Positions 14,061-26,027 of a stretch of 64,000 bases of DNA are shown one piece after another (positions within the stretch are counted from its first letter, which is position 1; each line of letters begins with the position of its first letter). The DNA is taken from NCBI GenBank assembly GCA_002189035.1, contig NEEC01000009.1:2666001-2730000 (forward strand), written 5' to 3'. The notes under the pieces were generated by a model, which saw only the letters and a list, made by a program, of their open reading frames with translations, did no database searches and was not told where the DNA came from. The stretch is from Utricularia gibba. Its lineage: Eukaryota; Plantae; Magnoliophyta. Both the position numbers and the translations under genes were made by a program.

Positions 14061-14274
14061 ACGTGGCTGCACCATCCATTCCTGCTTAGCTGGATCACGA
14101 TATCTATCTCTTTCATGCTCTTAACCAATAAACACCTGCCACGTGTAAGTCTCGGATCAATTACCCAATCATTGGAGTTGTGCGGCCCGTATTGGCCCAT
14201 GGCTTTAATGGGCCGGGTCAGCCGTACAACCCAATCCAAGTTAAAATGTGTCCATAGCCCATAGGGCACGTGGC
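14061..14274. promoter_or_regulatory. Cluster of three ACGTGGC ABRE/G-box motifs upstream of TIP1 copy A
   Basis: ACGTGGC 14061-14067, GCCACGT 14138-14144, ACGTGGC 14268-14274. Confidence 0.55.
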
Positions 14275-14534
14275 TAGGTCAGGCCTCCTCGTACCATTCT
14301 GACAGGCTCTGCCACTTACCAGTTCCCAGATAGCTCTCCATGACTCGTTTTTAAATAGAAAATACCCTAATTTATAATAAACTCAACTTATTAAATAATT
14401 AAATATTAATAAATATTACTATGACCAGTATATATACTTTAATATACTATATTTATTTTAATTACCCAGCAAAAATGCTGCTACACACAGGGGATGAAAA
14501 CACAAGAAAGGCGACGAAGGAATCAGCAGAAGGT

Positions 14535-15521
14535 TTAAGAACGAGGGGGAGAAAGCAACGGGAAAGAAACAAACCGCAAGACGGCAAAAGAGTCGACACC
14601 AAACGAAACCTGGGGTTCTTCATCAGAACTCCGAGAGGGGCTCATGGAATGGCTGATGAAGAATGCTTCATACACGATGCCGGCGAGGGCGCCGCCGATC
14701 AGAGGTCCGGCCCAGTAGATCCAGTGGTTTGCCCATTTGAAAGTCACGAGAGCAGGACCAAAGGCTACAGCGGGGTTCAGGGCTGCCCCGGTGAAAGCGC
14801 CGCCGGCGAGGATGTTCGCTCCCACGATCAGACCTATTGCCAGGGGTGCCAGGATTCCTATTTCACCCTTCTTAGGGTCCACCGCGGTGGCGTAGACGGT
14901 GTACACCAGCCCGAATGTTAGAACGATCTCGAAGACGAAGGCGCTCCAAATCGAAACGCCGCTGACGGCGAATGTCGGAATTTCCTGCGACGGTTTTAGG
15001 GATGAAAATGAATGTAAACAATATATCATTTCCAACCGATTGCTTAGCTAACAGTAGATTCAGTATTAAAAAGAGCAGTGGAAAAAAGATGGTTCTATAA
15101 GTTTACTTACCTCACCGCCGGTGGTAAAGATGAGGAGGGCGGAGGCGGCGACGGATCCAAGAAGCTGAGCAATAATATAAAGAAGGCCACGGAAGAAGGT
15201 GACGTTACCGCCGACGAAGAGGCCAAAGGTTACGGCGGGATTCACGTGGCCCCCGGAGATGTTAGCTCCCACGGAGACGGCGACAAAGAGGCCGAAGGCA
15301 TGAGCGATGGCGGCGGCGACGAGGCCTGTAGGGGAGGCGGGGCCGTTTCCGGTGAGCTTATTGTATGCTACACCGGATCCGGACCCTGCGAAGACGAATA
15401 TGAGCGTGCTGATGAATTCAGCCACCGCCGCCTTCACAACTCCTGGCTGACGGAACTCCTCGCGACTCCCGACGGCGACGCGACGGAGGGGGACGTTGAA
15501 GTACTCGTTGCCGGAGGGCAT
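14535..15521 (-). CDS. TIP1: Tonoplast aquaporin TIP1, canonical copy B; exons 15521-15111 and 14984-14535 (stop probably 14623 if one G is missing at 14646-14647)
   Basis: [49 protein letters not shown]; ar/R residues H/I/A/V typical of TIP1. Confidence 0.92.
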
Positions 15522-16316
15522 TTTCGGAAGGGCGTAGGGTTTGCTGAGTGGTGTGTGAGGGATGAGGCTACGTGCGCGCTCCTTATAAGCTTGCGTTCTG
15601 TTGCCTTGTGATGTTTCATTTAATTTTTAAAATAAAAAAAATTGTATTTTTTTTACATAATATCACACCAATTCATTTTAATGCGAAATAATAATTTTAT
15701 CTTATTATTATTCTTAATTATTGAGAAGATAAAATTGGTTGCGGATGAGCAACGTTACATATGCATCACGTGACAAAAAGAATCCCGAATCGAAATAATT
15801 CAACGAACAGAGTGGGGCCAGAAGCCGTGGCAAGGCAACATAGTACACTGTCCTGTTGTCGGGTTGGGTGGAGATGTCCAATCGCCACTCGAAACGTGGA
15901 CGCTCCAGATCATTTTTACTATTATTAAAGCTATTTAATCATTTTTTCGAATATACCGTTTGGGAATTTTTTTATTATTTTCAGAATTTTAATTAAATTT
16001 GACACACCTTCATGGTCTCTTGACTACTACCAGAACACAAGTGAAATAGAGCAAACATAAAAGCGTTTTAAAGGGCAACATGGAAGAGGATCCCTAGCTT
16101 GAGGGATTCATCCACCTGATAAGCAACAGCCCCACAAACTGTCAACAATATGGAAAGCTTCCTGCAAGACTGTGATCACATCTTTTCAATCATACAGCTT
16201 ATTCGCATTTGATCAGCAACTGCAAGTTGCTTCTGGTGAAACACAGGGGTTAACTGCAATTTGCCTAATCAAGGCATCCCAGCTTCATAGAAATGGGGCA
16301 AGAGTAACTAAGGAAG

Positions 16317-16606
16317 CTACTTTTTAGGATAAACCTGGCTGTCAGGGCCGATATCGCGGGAGCCAGTGTTGACGTACGGCCCTCGAAAAGTTGCTTGGGG
16401 AGGCAGTGGTTTTGATGAATCTATCACGGGGGATCCTGATGATCTAGACCTGAATTCAACAGCATAAACTCCCTTGTAAATAACAAAGCAGACGAAACTG
16501 GTTTGCTTCAAAAGTTCACCTACGCCATGTAAAATGGGAAGGCCAGCCCAGCTGATGCAAAAGCTACTAATCCAGCTGCCATGACAGCATTCCGACTTCG
16601 AGACAT
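16317..16606 (-). CDS. 71-aa single-pass membrane microprotein MSRSRNAVMAAGLVAFASAGLAFPFYMASRSSGSPVIDSSKPLPPQATFRGPYVNTGSRDIGPDSQVYPKK; exons 16606-16524 and 16449-16317
   Basis: ATG, 74-nt GT-AG intron in phase 2, hydrophobic stretch at aa 8-27; tail KPLPPQATFRGPYVNTGSRDIGPD recalled as conserved in uncharacterised plant proteins; probable 5' UTR intron donor near 16982. Confidence 0.75.
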
Positions 16607-17220
16607 GGATGGATTTAAGGGGTATCGTGGATTCTCCGATCACCTGCAAGTAACAACCAGAGCGTTTACACAACAACATACAACAGATGCGAGGCTTTCA
16701 GGAATGACAAGCCACTTGAAACTTGAGAATGAGTCCAACACACTTGGACTCATTCTCAAGCTAATGATGCGGTTGGATTAATTCCATTAAATCCCCTATT
16801 GAACCATCACAATCAAACATCCTCCATCTTCACATCAAACTACATGAACCCTAAAACCCAAGCGGCAGAAAAAAGAAAAAAAAATCAGCATTCAGATTGT
16901 ACTCCAACTTGGTGAAAAACTAACATATTAATTGCAAATTGCAGATTCATCACAATATCGATAAGAACAATTTCAACATTCACCTGAGAATGAGCGCAGA
17001 TTGCCTCCCCTGGCACGCGATTACCCCCAAATTGCAGGTTAGGGCGTCGAACTAGAAAAACAGAAAGGGGCAAGAATTGTGATTGGGCCAGATGTACTGT
17101 GTCCAGTCCAGGCCTAAAAATCTCGGTTCTGCTTCAAATTTGAAATATAAATATAATTTCCATAAAAACAATATTTTAAAATTAGAATAATGGATCTTAA
17201 AAAGGGGAGTTAGAAAAAAA

Positions 17221-17251
17221 TGGGGCCCACAGGCTCACTCATGTGGGCCCA
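17221..17251. promoter_or_regulatory. Site II (TGGGCC/GGCCCA, TCP-binding) motifs in the divergent promoter between the microprotein and SCPL51
   Basis: TGGGGCCCA 17221-17229, TGGGCCCA 17244-17251. Confidence 0.45.
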
Positions 17252-17494
17252 GAACATGGAATTCAGTTCTTTGTTTGTACAAACTGGTCCGCATTCATTG
17301 GTTAGTTGCAACCACGAAGGGAAAGGTCTTGGGAGGTCAAATCTTTATGGTCTGTAGCCCCAGTATTTTTTGGATACTGACGTTGGGAATCCCACTGAAC
17401 GGGGATACGCAATTCCAGGAATCAAGCCATAAAGCTTGTACTTTTTCAGCAAAAAACCATTTCCCCCCAACCCAGAGAGTGCGAGAAGTCAAAA

Positions 17495-20170
17495 ATGGAG
17501 AGACCCCGTGTTGTTGTTTATCTTCTTTTTTCGTTTCTGTGGGCGTCTGCGAGTGTTGAAGAAGGATTGACGGTGAAAGCTGCAGGGACTGCAGATGGGT
17601 CTGAGTTGTGGGGATATGTGGAAGTTCGGCCGAGTGAGTTTTTGGTTACGAATCTGCGCTTGTTTTTTCTTGCATTTAATGTGTCCCCCTTTTTTTTTCT
17701 TGTGATTTCTTCTGTATTATCACAGGAGCTCACATGTTTTGGTGGTATTACCGAAGCCCAAACAGAATTCCTGGTCTCGACAATCCATGGCCAATCATTC
17801 TTTGGCTCCAGGGTGGACCAGTGAGTACCCGGCTCAGTGATTATCGTTTGCGTGTCGTCTGTTTGTTTGCTTCTTATTGTATTTTGGCACTCTCTTATCT
17901 AAATTTTTGTGGGTAGTTACAATTCTTAATTAGTGTTGTTTTTTATTTTCAACATCCTTGAGGATTCATGACAATTGGATGTGTTTGCTCTAATACCCCT
18001 GATTCATGTAGGGTGGTTCTGGAGTTGGAATTGGAAATTTTGAAGAAGTAGGGCCTTTGGACGCATTCTTGAAGCCAAGAAACTCAACTTGGTTGACACA
18101 TGCTGATCTTCTCTTTGTGGTTGGAATGGAATTCACGGTTATGACATTGAAGGGGTGAATCCTAATGAACATAGCTCATTTTATTTTATTTTTTATTTTC
18201 TGTAGGATAATCCAGTTGGGACAGGATTCAGTTTTGTTGAGGATGAGCAGCTTCTCGTGAAAACCGATGAAGCTGCTGCAGCTGACTTAACTACACTTCT
18301 AATTGAAGTTTTCAACAGAAGACCGAGTTTCCAAACTAGCCCTCTTTACATTGTAGCTGAGTCTTATGGCGGAAAATATGCTGTCACTCTTGGATTATCA
18401 GTACTCAACGCTGTTGAGACTGGGAGACTTAAACTCAAGCTTGGAGGTAAACTAACGCTATTTGCTTCAAAATGCTGGTAATGGGATAACACATTAAAGG
18501 ATAGACTAATAGTAATGTGTTTCAAGGGGGCTATGTTTCATTCCAAACTCTTGTTTGTATGGTGAATGAGCATGCGTAGTAGAACTTATTCGATCAAGTT
18601 TGCTTCCGATGGTTCCTTAGAGCAATTTGTGTATTCTGTGATTAGTTATGTTGACACACAGTACACTAGCGGAGCTTTGGGATAAAGCTGATTATAGTGT
18701 CCATTTACAGGAATTGCCTTGGGTGACTCCTGGATTTCTCCTGAGGATTATGTGGTATGCTCTCTTTTTGGAAGTTCAAGAGTATTTTGAGTTGATTTTT
18801 CATTATCTGAGACTGTACACACCACACAGTTTTCTTGGGGTCCTCTGCTTAGAGATGTCTCAAGGCTGGACGAAAATGCACTTGCTAAATCAAACAGGTA
18901 TAATCTTATTATACTCCCCTGTGTTATCATCTTGCTTATGACCATTTCATTGTGTGGAAACAGTTTGGCTGAGAAAATACATCAGCAGATCACGTCCGGC
19001 ATGTTTACCCAAGCCACCGAATCTTGGATTGAACTTGAAGAATTTCTCACCGTCAGCAGTAATTCAGTGGTAAACTTTAACATAACCAGATTCATTTTGT
19101 TGTGTTCTGTTTTGGTCAACAATGGATTGCATCCTGAGCACTAAAATTCTTGCAGGATTTCTACAACTTCTTGTTGGATACAGGGATGGGCGCTATATCG
19201 ATCACAGATTCTGAACAGACCCAAAACATGGCAGTCACAAGATACAAAAGCTATCTGAACTCCTTGGGAACTACCAATGGTGGTAGTGGTGATCTTAGCA
19301 GCTTGATGAATGGTGAAATCAAAAGAAAACTCAAGATCATCCCCGAAAACGTCGAGTAAGTTGTATCCTTTTGGATGTCACTGTTTCTTCTGTCGTAATG
19401 TGAGCAACCTCCAGCCATGATCCACAGATGGGGAGGCCAGTCAGATAGAGTTTTTGCTTATCTGGAAGGGGATTTCATGAAGCCAAGAATCAAAGAAGTG
19501 AGAAACTGCACATTTTTCACATCACTACCACACAAGGATCAGCTCATGATGCGCCCTCTTCTCTGCTTCTACAGGTTGATCAGTTGCTGGCTAAAGGAGT
19601 CAATCTAACTATATATAGTGGCCAAGTAAGATCCATTGCCCCCCTCCTGGTACCTCCTTTCAGTGTGGTCTGAAGCTTTCTGCCATCTGCAGTTGGACGT
19701 CATCTGCTCCACCAAAGGAACCGAGTCATGGATCAAAAAGCTCCAGTGAGACAACTCCCATAACCTTTTTTCCCTTGAAGCTCCAACACCCTTCTTGTGT
19801 TCCAGCACGGGAACACACGAACATGAGATCTTGATTTTGCTTGATTCAACAGGTGGGCTGGTCTGAAAACATTCATGAGCATGGACAGAACGCCAATCTT
19901 CTGCGACGGGAAGCAAGGCACAAAAGGCTTCTTCAAGTCCTACAGAAACTTGCACTTCTACTGGGTTCTTGGAGCGGGTCACTTCGTGAGTTCCTGGTTC
20001 ATCATTTCCACTGAAACCCATGAGATTTTCAATCAAAACCTTCGTTCCCAGATCGAATGTATTCTGAAGCGCTGCTCTGATCTTCCTATTTTCAGGTCCC
20101 TGTGGATCAGCCATGCGTGGCACTCAGCATGATAAGCAATGTCACGCAGTCCCCTGTTGCTTCCAAATAG
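17495..20170 (+). CDS. SCPL51: Serine carboxypeptidase-like 51 (S10 family), about 12 exons
   Basis: Signal peptide, ELWGYVEVRP, AHMFWWYY, WPIILWLQGGP|GGSG, DNPVGTGFS, AESYGGKY nucleophile motif, FYWVLGAGHF|VPVDQP, stop TAG 20168-20170. Confidence 0.92.
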
Positions 20171-20472
20171 CTGTTAATGACCATTTAGGTCATATTTTTT
20201 TCCTAATTAAAGAGGAAAATAATAATATTTTAATCTATATCTGTTTATTTAATTATGAAAAAAACATTATATCTATTTATAATTAATTAGCAATTTTATT
20301 ATTTTAAAGCAATTATAGAATTATAATTATTACTTTATTACAATTACTTATTGAAATTGTTTTTTAATAAGTTGGGCAGAATTCATTTGTGAAATTTGAG
20401 GTTTCTCTTGATGAAATTTGCACATCCAGTCTGATTCTGATTGCGTGTGTCGAGGATTGATTGATTGGGGGG

Positions 20473-21654
20473 ATGGCGATTCTGTATGCTGTGGTGGCGC
20501 GTGGCACCACTGTGCTGGCGGAGTTCAGCGCCGTGACGGGGAACACGGGCGCGGTGGTACGGCGGATACTCGAGAAGCTCGCTGATACAGAGTCGCCGGA
20601 GGCGAGGTTATGCTTCTCGCAAGATCGATACATCTTTCATATCCTGCGATCGGATGCCCTCATCTTTCTCTGTATGGCTAATGACACTTTCGGAAGTAAG
20701 TTGATCCAGCTGAGATTTAGCTTGTGGAAAAGTCTGTGTTGATCGAGGGTTGAGTTGGTGTGGTGAATCTGAAATTAGGGTTTAATCTTGATTTGGGGTT
20801 TAAAGTCTTCATTTTTGGTGAACTCGCTTTGTGATAGTGCTATGAATAGCTACTTTATTTGCATCTTTTGAAAGTTGGTCTTCTTAGCATCCATATAGAA
20901 AGCAAGCATATACATTGTCTTTAGAACAGTCTGAAGGATTGTATCCTGTTCAGTTTTTCAGTTAACGGGATGAAGTGTTGCTTCATATATTTGCTGTTGC
21001 TTCTACCAACAACGTTTAGTGGATGGGGATTGAATTTTGTCTCTCAGGAAGAATCCCATTTGCATATTTGGAGGATGTTCAAATGAGATTCATGAAGACC
21101 TACGGAAGAGTATTTCTTTACGCCCCTGCTTATGCGATGAACGATGAATTCTCGAGAGTTCTCCACAAGCAAATGGAGTTCTTCTCCAGTAGCCCCAACG
21201 CAGATGCACTCAATCGTGTCAGGAGTGAAGTTAGCGAGGCATGTTGAACTTTTTTGGCTTTCTGGTTGGAACTAACTTAGCATTGTGGCGGACTTGGTTT
21301 TACCCATATGCCACGCAGGTTCGCACGATAATGGTGGATAACATAGACAAGATATTGGAGAGGGGTGACAAGATCGAGCTCCTTGTTGATAAAACAGCCA
21401 CAATGCAGGATAATGCATTCCACTTCAGAAAACAGTCCAAGCGACTCCGCAGAGCTCTGTGGATGAAAAATGCCAAGCTCCTGTAAGTACTTCAGCCCTT
21501 CAATTCTGCAGCAGACATTCTACATGAAGTCTGATCTCCTTCCCTGTTGATATATCTCAGGGCCATGTTGACATGCTTGATTCTACTACTCCTTTACATC
21601 ATTCTGGCCTCTGCTTGTGGAGGCATCACCTTGCCTTCCTGTAGATCGAAATGA
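20473..21654 (+). CDS. VAMP714: R-SNARE VAMP714 (longin + synaptobrevin + TM), 4 exons; intron 2 is GC-AG
   Basis: MAILYAVVARGTTVLAEFSAVTGN, RIPFAYLEDVQMRF, VRTIMVDNIDKILERGDKIELLVDKT, TM ending CGGITLPSCRSK*. Confidence 0.92.
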
Positions 21655-22325
21655 AACCATCTACTTTACTTCGTTCCTGCAAATTACATCTGTAGTATGG
21701 ATTGCATTGATGTAACTATATTCCCATATTTGGATGTTGAAAGTGTGAATGAACTATTTTGTGCCAAGCCCCGGTTCATCTTCGCAAACCCAAACAGGAA
21801 ACCTACATGCGTGAAAATGTTGCAAATGTCATATTATACGTATTAATCTTATCATTGATTCGTGGTTTAAAATGATTTAATCGTGATTTTATCGAGTTTA
21901 ATCCAATGCCTAACATAGATAGGATCCAAAATGTTAAACTAGTATTCATTAAATTATTAAAATTAGAGCTACTTCTATCAATGGGATGTCTAATTAATTC
22001 TAAAATAAGATAATTGCAGAATAAAAATATTCTCCATCTAACTCCATAACTGGAAGTGGTGCCATCTTTGTGTTTGGAGTCGGTTGAGATACTCTTCTGC
22101 GGCTGTAAAAATCTGAAGCAGCACGTGCAAAGTTTGCATTTTGTAGACTACCCACATACTTTGATCTGTAGTTATGTACACGCAGCAGGCAAATATATGG
22201 TATCACATTCCATTGGCGGACGGATGGCCGGAGTAAAGTGTAGTTGGAAGTGGGTATCTTGATTTTTAATGCTTCTGGGATAAGCAAAGAGGCGAGAAAA
22301 AGAGGAAAAGAAAAGTATCCGGGGG

Positions 22326-25300
22326 ATGCTTCCGGCGAGGTTTGTGGCGGCGTTGTTGCTGCCGGTTTTGGTTGCAGGGGTTTTTGTGGATGGTGGAGAA
22401 GAGAAGCGGGTGGTTCTTAATTTAGAGAGGGCTAATCATTCGAGATTGGCGATGGGTCATCTCATGAAACGTGATTTGATTAGACACAAGAGATTGTCAC
22501 AGCAGCGGCTTACTGGGGTGGTTGATTTTCCTGTTGAAGGCACTTATGATCCTTTTCTTGTTGGGTATGGATTTTTTTTCTTCTTGATCATTTCATGTTT
22601 TTGCCTGATTTTTTGGGAGAACTTGGGCGTTCCCAAGATCCTCGCGGTTGGAAATATATACCTTTGGGTTCACTCATTTCTGCCATCTAAGGTTGATAGT
22701 CCGTGGATTCAAATCTTGACGTTTCTTTCTATTTTTGGCGGATTTGTTGCAATCAATCACATTTTTTAACATGTGATGGTGCATTTTCTTGTTGAAGGCG
22801 CTTATGATCCTTTTATTGTTTGATTTATTGTCTTGTAGAATGTTTGTTTCTTTTGATCACGTATGTCTAATTTTTCTGGGAGAAACTGGCTGTTAGGTGG
22901 TGAGTTAGATAGTCCCTAGATCCAAATCGTGACATTTCTTTATTTTCCTTCTTGTTTTTTGTGGTCAAATCTGCTGTCATCACCTTTTTAACTTGCGATG
23001 GCTGATCATGTTTTATAGGCTTTATTTTACGAGAGTTAAATTGGGGACTCCTGCAAAAGAATTTTTTGTGCAGATAGATACTGGAAGTGATGTGCTTTGG
23101 GTTAGTTGCGCCTCTTGTGAAGGTTGCCCCACATCAAGTGGACTCCAAGTACATATACTCTTCTTTCTCGCAAATCCTCACCATACTTGTTTGTTTCTTT
23201 TCTTTTGAAGTTTTTTTTTTTCTTATTAGTTGTAATAAGTATGTTGCTTATTGTAGATCAAGCTTGAGTTTTTTGATCCGGCCACCTCATCTACAGCCTC
23301 TCTTTTGTCATGCTCGGACCAAAAGTGTGGTGTGGGAACATTATCATCTGATTATTCGTGTTCGGATCGCAATCAATGTGTCTACACATTCCAGTATGGT
23401 GATGGAAGTGGAACATCAGGATATTACGTACATGACAAAATACATTTGGACACAGTTCTGGGAAGTTCAGTAACTTCTAACTCCTCAGCAAGTATTGTAT
23501 TTGGGTGAGTTCTCATCTCCCAATTTCTTCAGAAACATGTTCTTGATGGATCAGCTCTTGGATATCCATATCATTTGGTGCATTACCTTCTCTATTGAGG
23601 CGTCCGTAATAATGTAGATTTTATTTAAAATTTTGACTCCTCCAGTTGTAGCTCATCACAATCTGGAGATTTAACAAAGACGGACAGGGCAACAGATGGC
23701 ATTTTCGGTCTTGGACAACAGGGATTGTCTGTGATATCACAACTTTCTACTCAGGGTGTCACTCCTCGTGCATTCTCTCATTGTTTGAAGGGAGATGGTG
23801 GTGGAGGTGGTGTATTGGTGCTGGGTGAGATCGTTGAGCCAGATATAGTTTACACACCACTAGTGCAATCCCAGTATGTGTTTTCCTCAACCAGAACGCT
23901 GACAAATGCTGATTCTTTTTTTTTTTTCGGAGGGCGGTAGGATGGGATGATGCAGTCAGTCAAAGGATCACAAAATATTGGCGGAACTTAGTTTATGTAA
24001 TTTCTATGTAATGCCATATGCAGCTTCCGTGCTTGTAAAAGATTAGGGTTGATTGGTAACCAGTGTCGACATTTTTTTTCCACCTATGTGTCAGATTATC
24101 TCTGTAGTTGATCCCTTGTTGCCATCTTTGGGTGATTCTTTGTTTTGAGAATTTTTGTATTAGTGAGTGCATATCATCTCCCCCTTTCTGTCTGTTTTGC
24201 AGTTAACGTCTCATTGATGTGTTCTCCATCTTCGAATTCTCAGGCCCCATTACAATGTTAATCTGCAGAGTATTTCTGTTGGTGGTCGGACATTGAAACT
24301 TAACTCCTCTATATTTGAAACTTCTGAGAGCACTGGAACAATTATCGACTCAGGAACTACACTCACATACCTTACTGAAGAGGCATATGAACCTTTTGTT
24401 TCTGCGGTAAGTTTTTTCCAGTTGGATTTTTTGTGTTCGGTTGGAATTCGTCGCTCTTTGAAACAGTTAACACTGTATGATCTATAATTTGGACTATTTT
24501 CTTCGCATCACCAGGTCACTGAAGCCATGTCACACTCTGTACGACCTCTTCTGAATGGAAAAGATTGCTATCTTACAACTTCCAGGTTTTTGTGACACAT
24601 TTTGCCTGATCTTCTGAAAAAGATTGCCTCTTTTCTTATTGTATCTCTTTGTTCTGTTATTCCTGCAGTGTCTCGAGAAGCTTTCCTGCTGTTAGCTTAC
24701 ATTTTTCTGGGGCGCATCGTTAAAACTGAGACCCCAAGATTATCTTCTACAGCAGAATTCTCTAGTGAGTCATGTTTTTTATATCTGCCCCCACGTATCT
24801 CTTCTTTATTTTCTCTTTTCTGGTGTAAAAGTCTTCTCCTCCTCCCTATTTTCAACTCTATATGCATAGGATTTGAAAATTCTAGCTGCGAAATAATCAT
24901 TCATCTTCCACATCTTTAGGGTCCGGCCACAGTATGGTGCATAGGTATTCAAAAAACAAAGGGTCAAGGCATTTCAATTCTAGGAGGTAACAGACCAGGC
25001 CAATGATCCTCATTGACTTACCACATATTCACCTTATCATCTTCTTTTTTAATAAACAGACACCTCATCTTAAAGAAGTCTAAATCTTTGTTGTTTGACT
25101 TGGTATATCAGAAAAAAAATACTCTTTGGTATACTTTTTTTTGGGTCTAACTCTTTGTAAACCATTCCATTTGACTTGGTATAAAGATTTCATGATGCCT
25201 TCTCCCTGCAGACCTTGTTCTGAAAGATAAGATCGTTGTCTATGATTTGGCAAATCAGCGGATTGGATGGAAGGATTATGACTGTAAGTTTCTCTTGATT

Positions 25301-25583
25301 CTCTTCTTTCTCATGTTTACGAAACTCATGTCTCACATACACAATGGTTATAACACATTGAATCTTAATGCTGCTATTTGCCCCTCCATGGAATTGGAAT
25401 ATCACAGGTTCGTCGTCGATGAATGTCTCCACAGCTATCAACAACACAGGTAACACCGGATTCTTAAACACAGGACAAATTAAGAAAAGTTCAGCGGATC
25501 ACAAGCTTTACTGTATAGCATGGAGCTCCATTTTGACAACTTTACTCTGGACAACCTTATCTGTCATCCCCTCATTTCTGTGA
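22326..25583 (+). CDS. A1 aspartic protease (atypical, C-terminal hydrophobic or GPI-like tail), about 10 exons; -1 at G4 24709-24712
   Basis: Signal peptide, LYFTRVKLG, catalytic IDTGSD and [23 protein letters not shown]|[13 protein letters not shown]. Confidence 0.92.
22524..23015 (+). repeat. Degenerate tandem duplication (period about 258 bp) of the end of exon 1 plus intron 1 of the aspartic protease
   Basis: GTTGAAGGCACTTATGATCCTTTT (22533) vs GTTGAAGGCGCTTATGATCCTTTT (22791), followed by several more colinear blocks. Confidence 0.75.
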
Positions 25584-25764
25584 AAGAGCCTGGCTTGTTT
25601 CCCTCTTGGTATGGTTGTTGTCATCACCATTCTTGGGCCTCTATAGAAATCTTTTAGCATCATGTATACAAGATCTTAGTTGAGAAATAGTGAGTGGAAT
25701 ATGTATCGAAGAACTGCAGGCTTTTTGTGTGTATAGTTGTGATGAGTGGAAAGTGCAGTAGGTC

Positions 25765-25905
25765 GAACTTCGCACAGTTTTACAAAGAACTACATGGATT
25801 CTTCAACTGGTTGATATGCAATTGCAGAAGTGCAACAGATTGAACTTCTCACTGTTTTACAAAGAAATACATTTGATTCAACTGGTTAATATGGGAATGG
25901 AGCAG
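25765..25905. repeat. Two-copy degenerate tandem repeat (period about 77 bp) between the convergent protease and PDAT 3' ends
   Basis: GAACTTC.CAC.GTTTTACAAAGAA.TACAT..ATTC..AACTGGTT.ATATG occurs twice. Confidence 0.6.
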
Positions 25906-26027
25906 CAGCACCCCTTTATTTTGTTTAGAATCTAAGAAGGGTAAATGCCTGATGACTGTTAACGGTGTTGCTTCTTCGTTGCTCAGCCTCTCCCACGTCT
26001 CTTCAGGTACAATAAGCCTGTTCTTTT

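Noticed and set aside
13073-15611. Long plus-strand ORFs opposite the TIP genes (179, 177, 166, 115 aa)
   Set aside because: Antisense shadows of GC3-rich coding sequence; no recognisable motifs.
16317-16679. 120-aa ORF in the track
   Set aside because: Read-through of an intron and 5' leader; the spliced 71-aa model has proper ATG, splice sites and TM.
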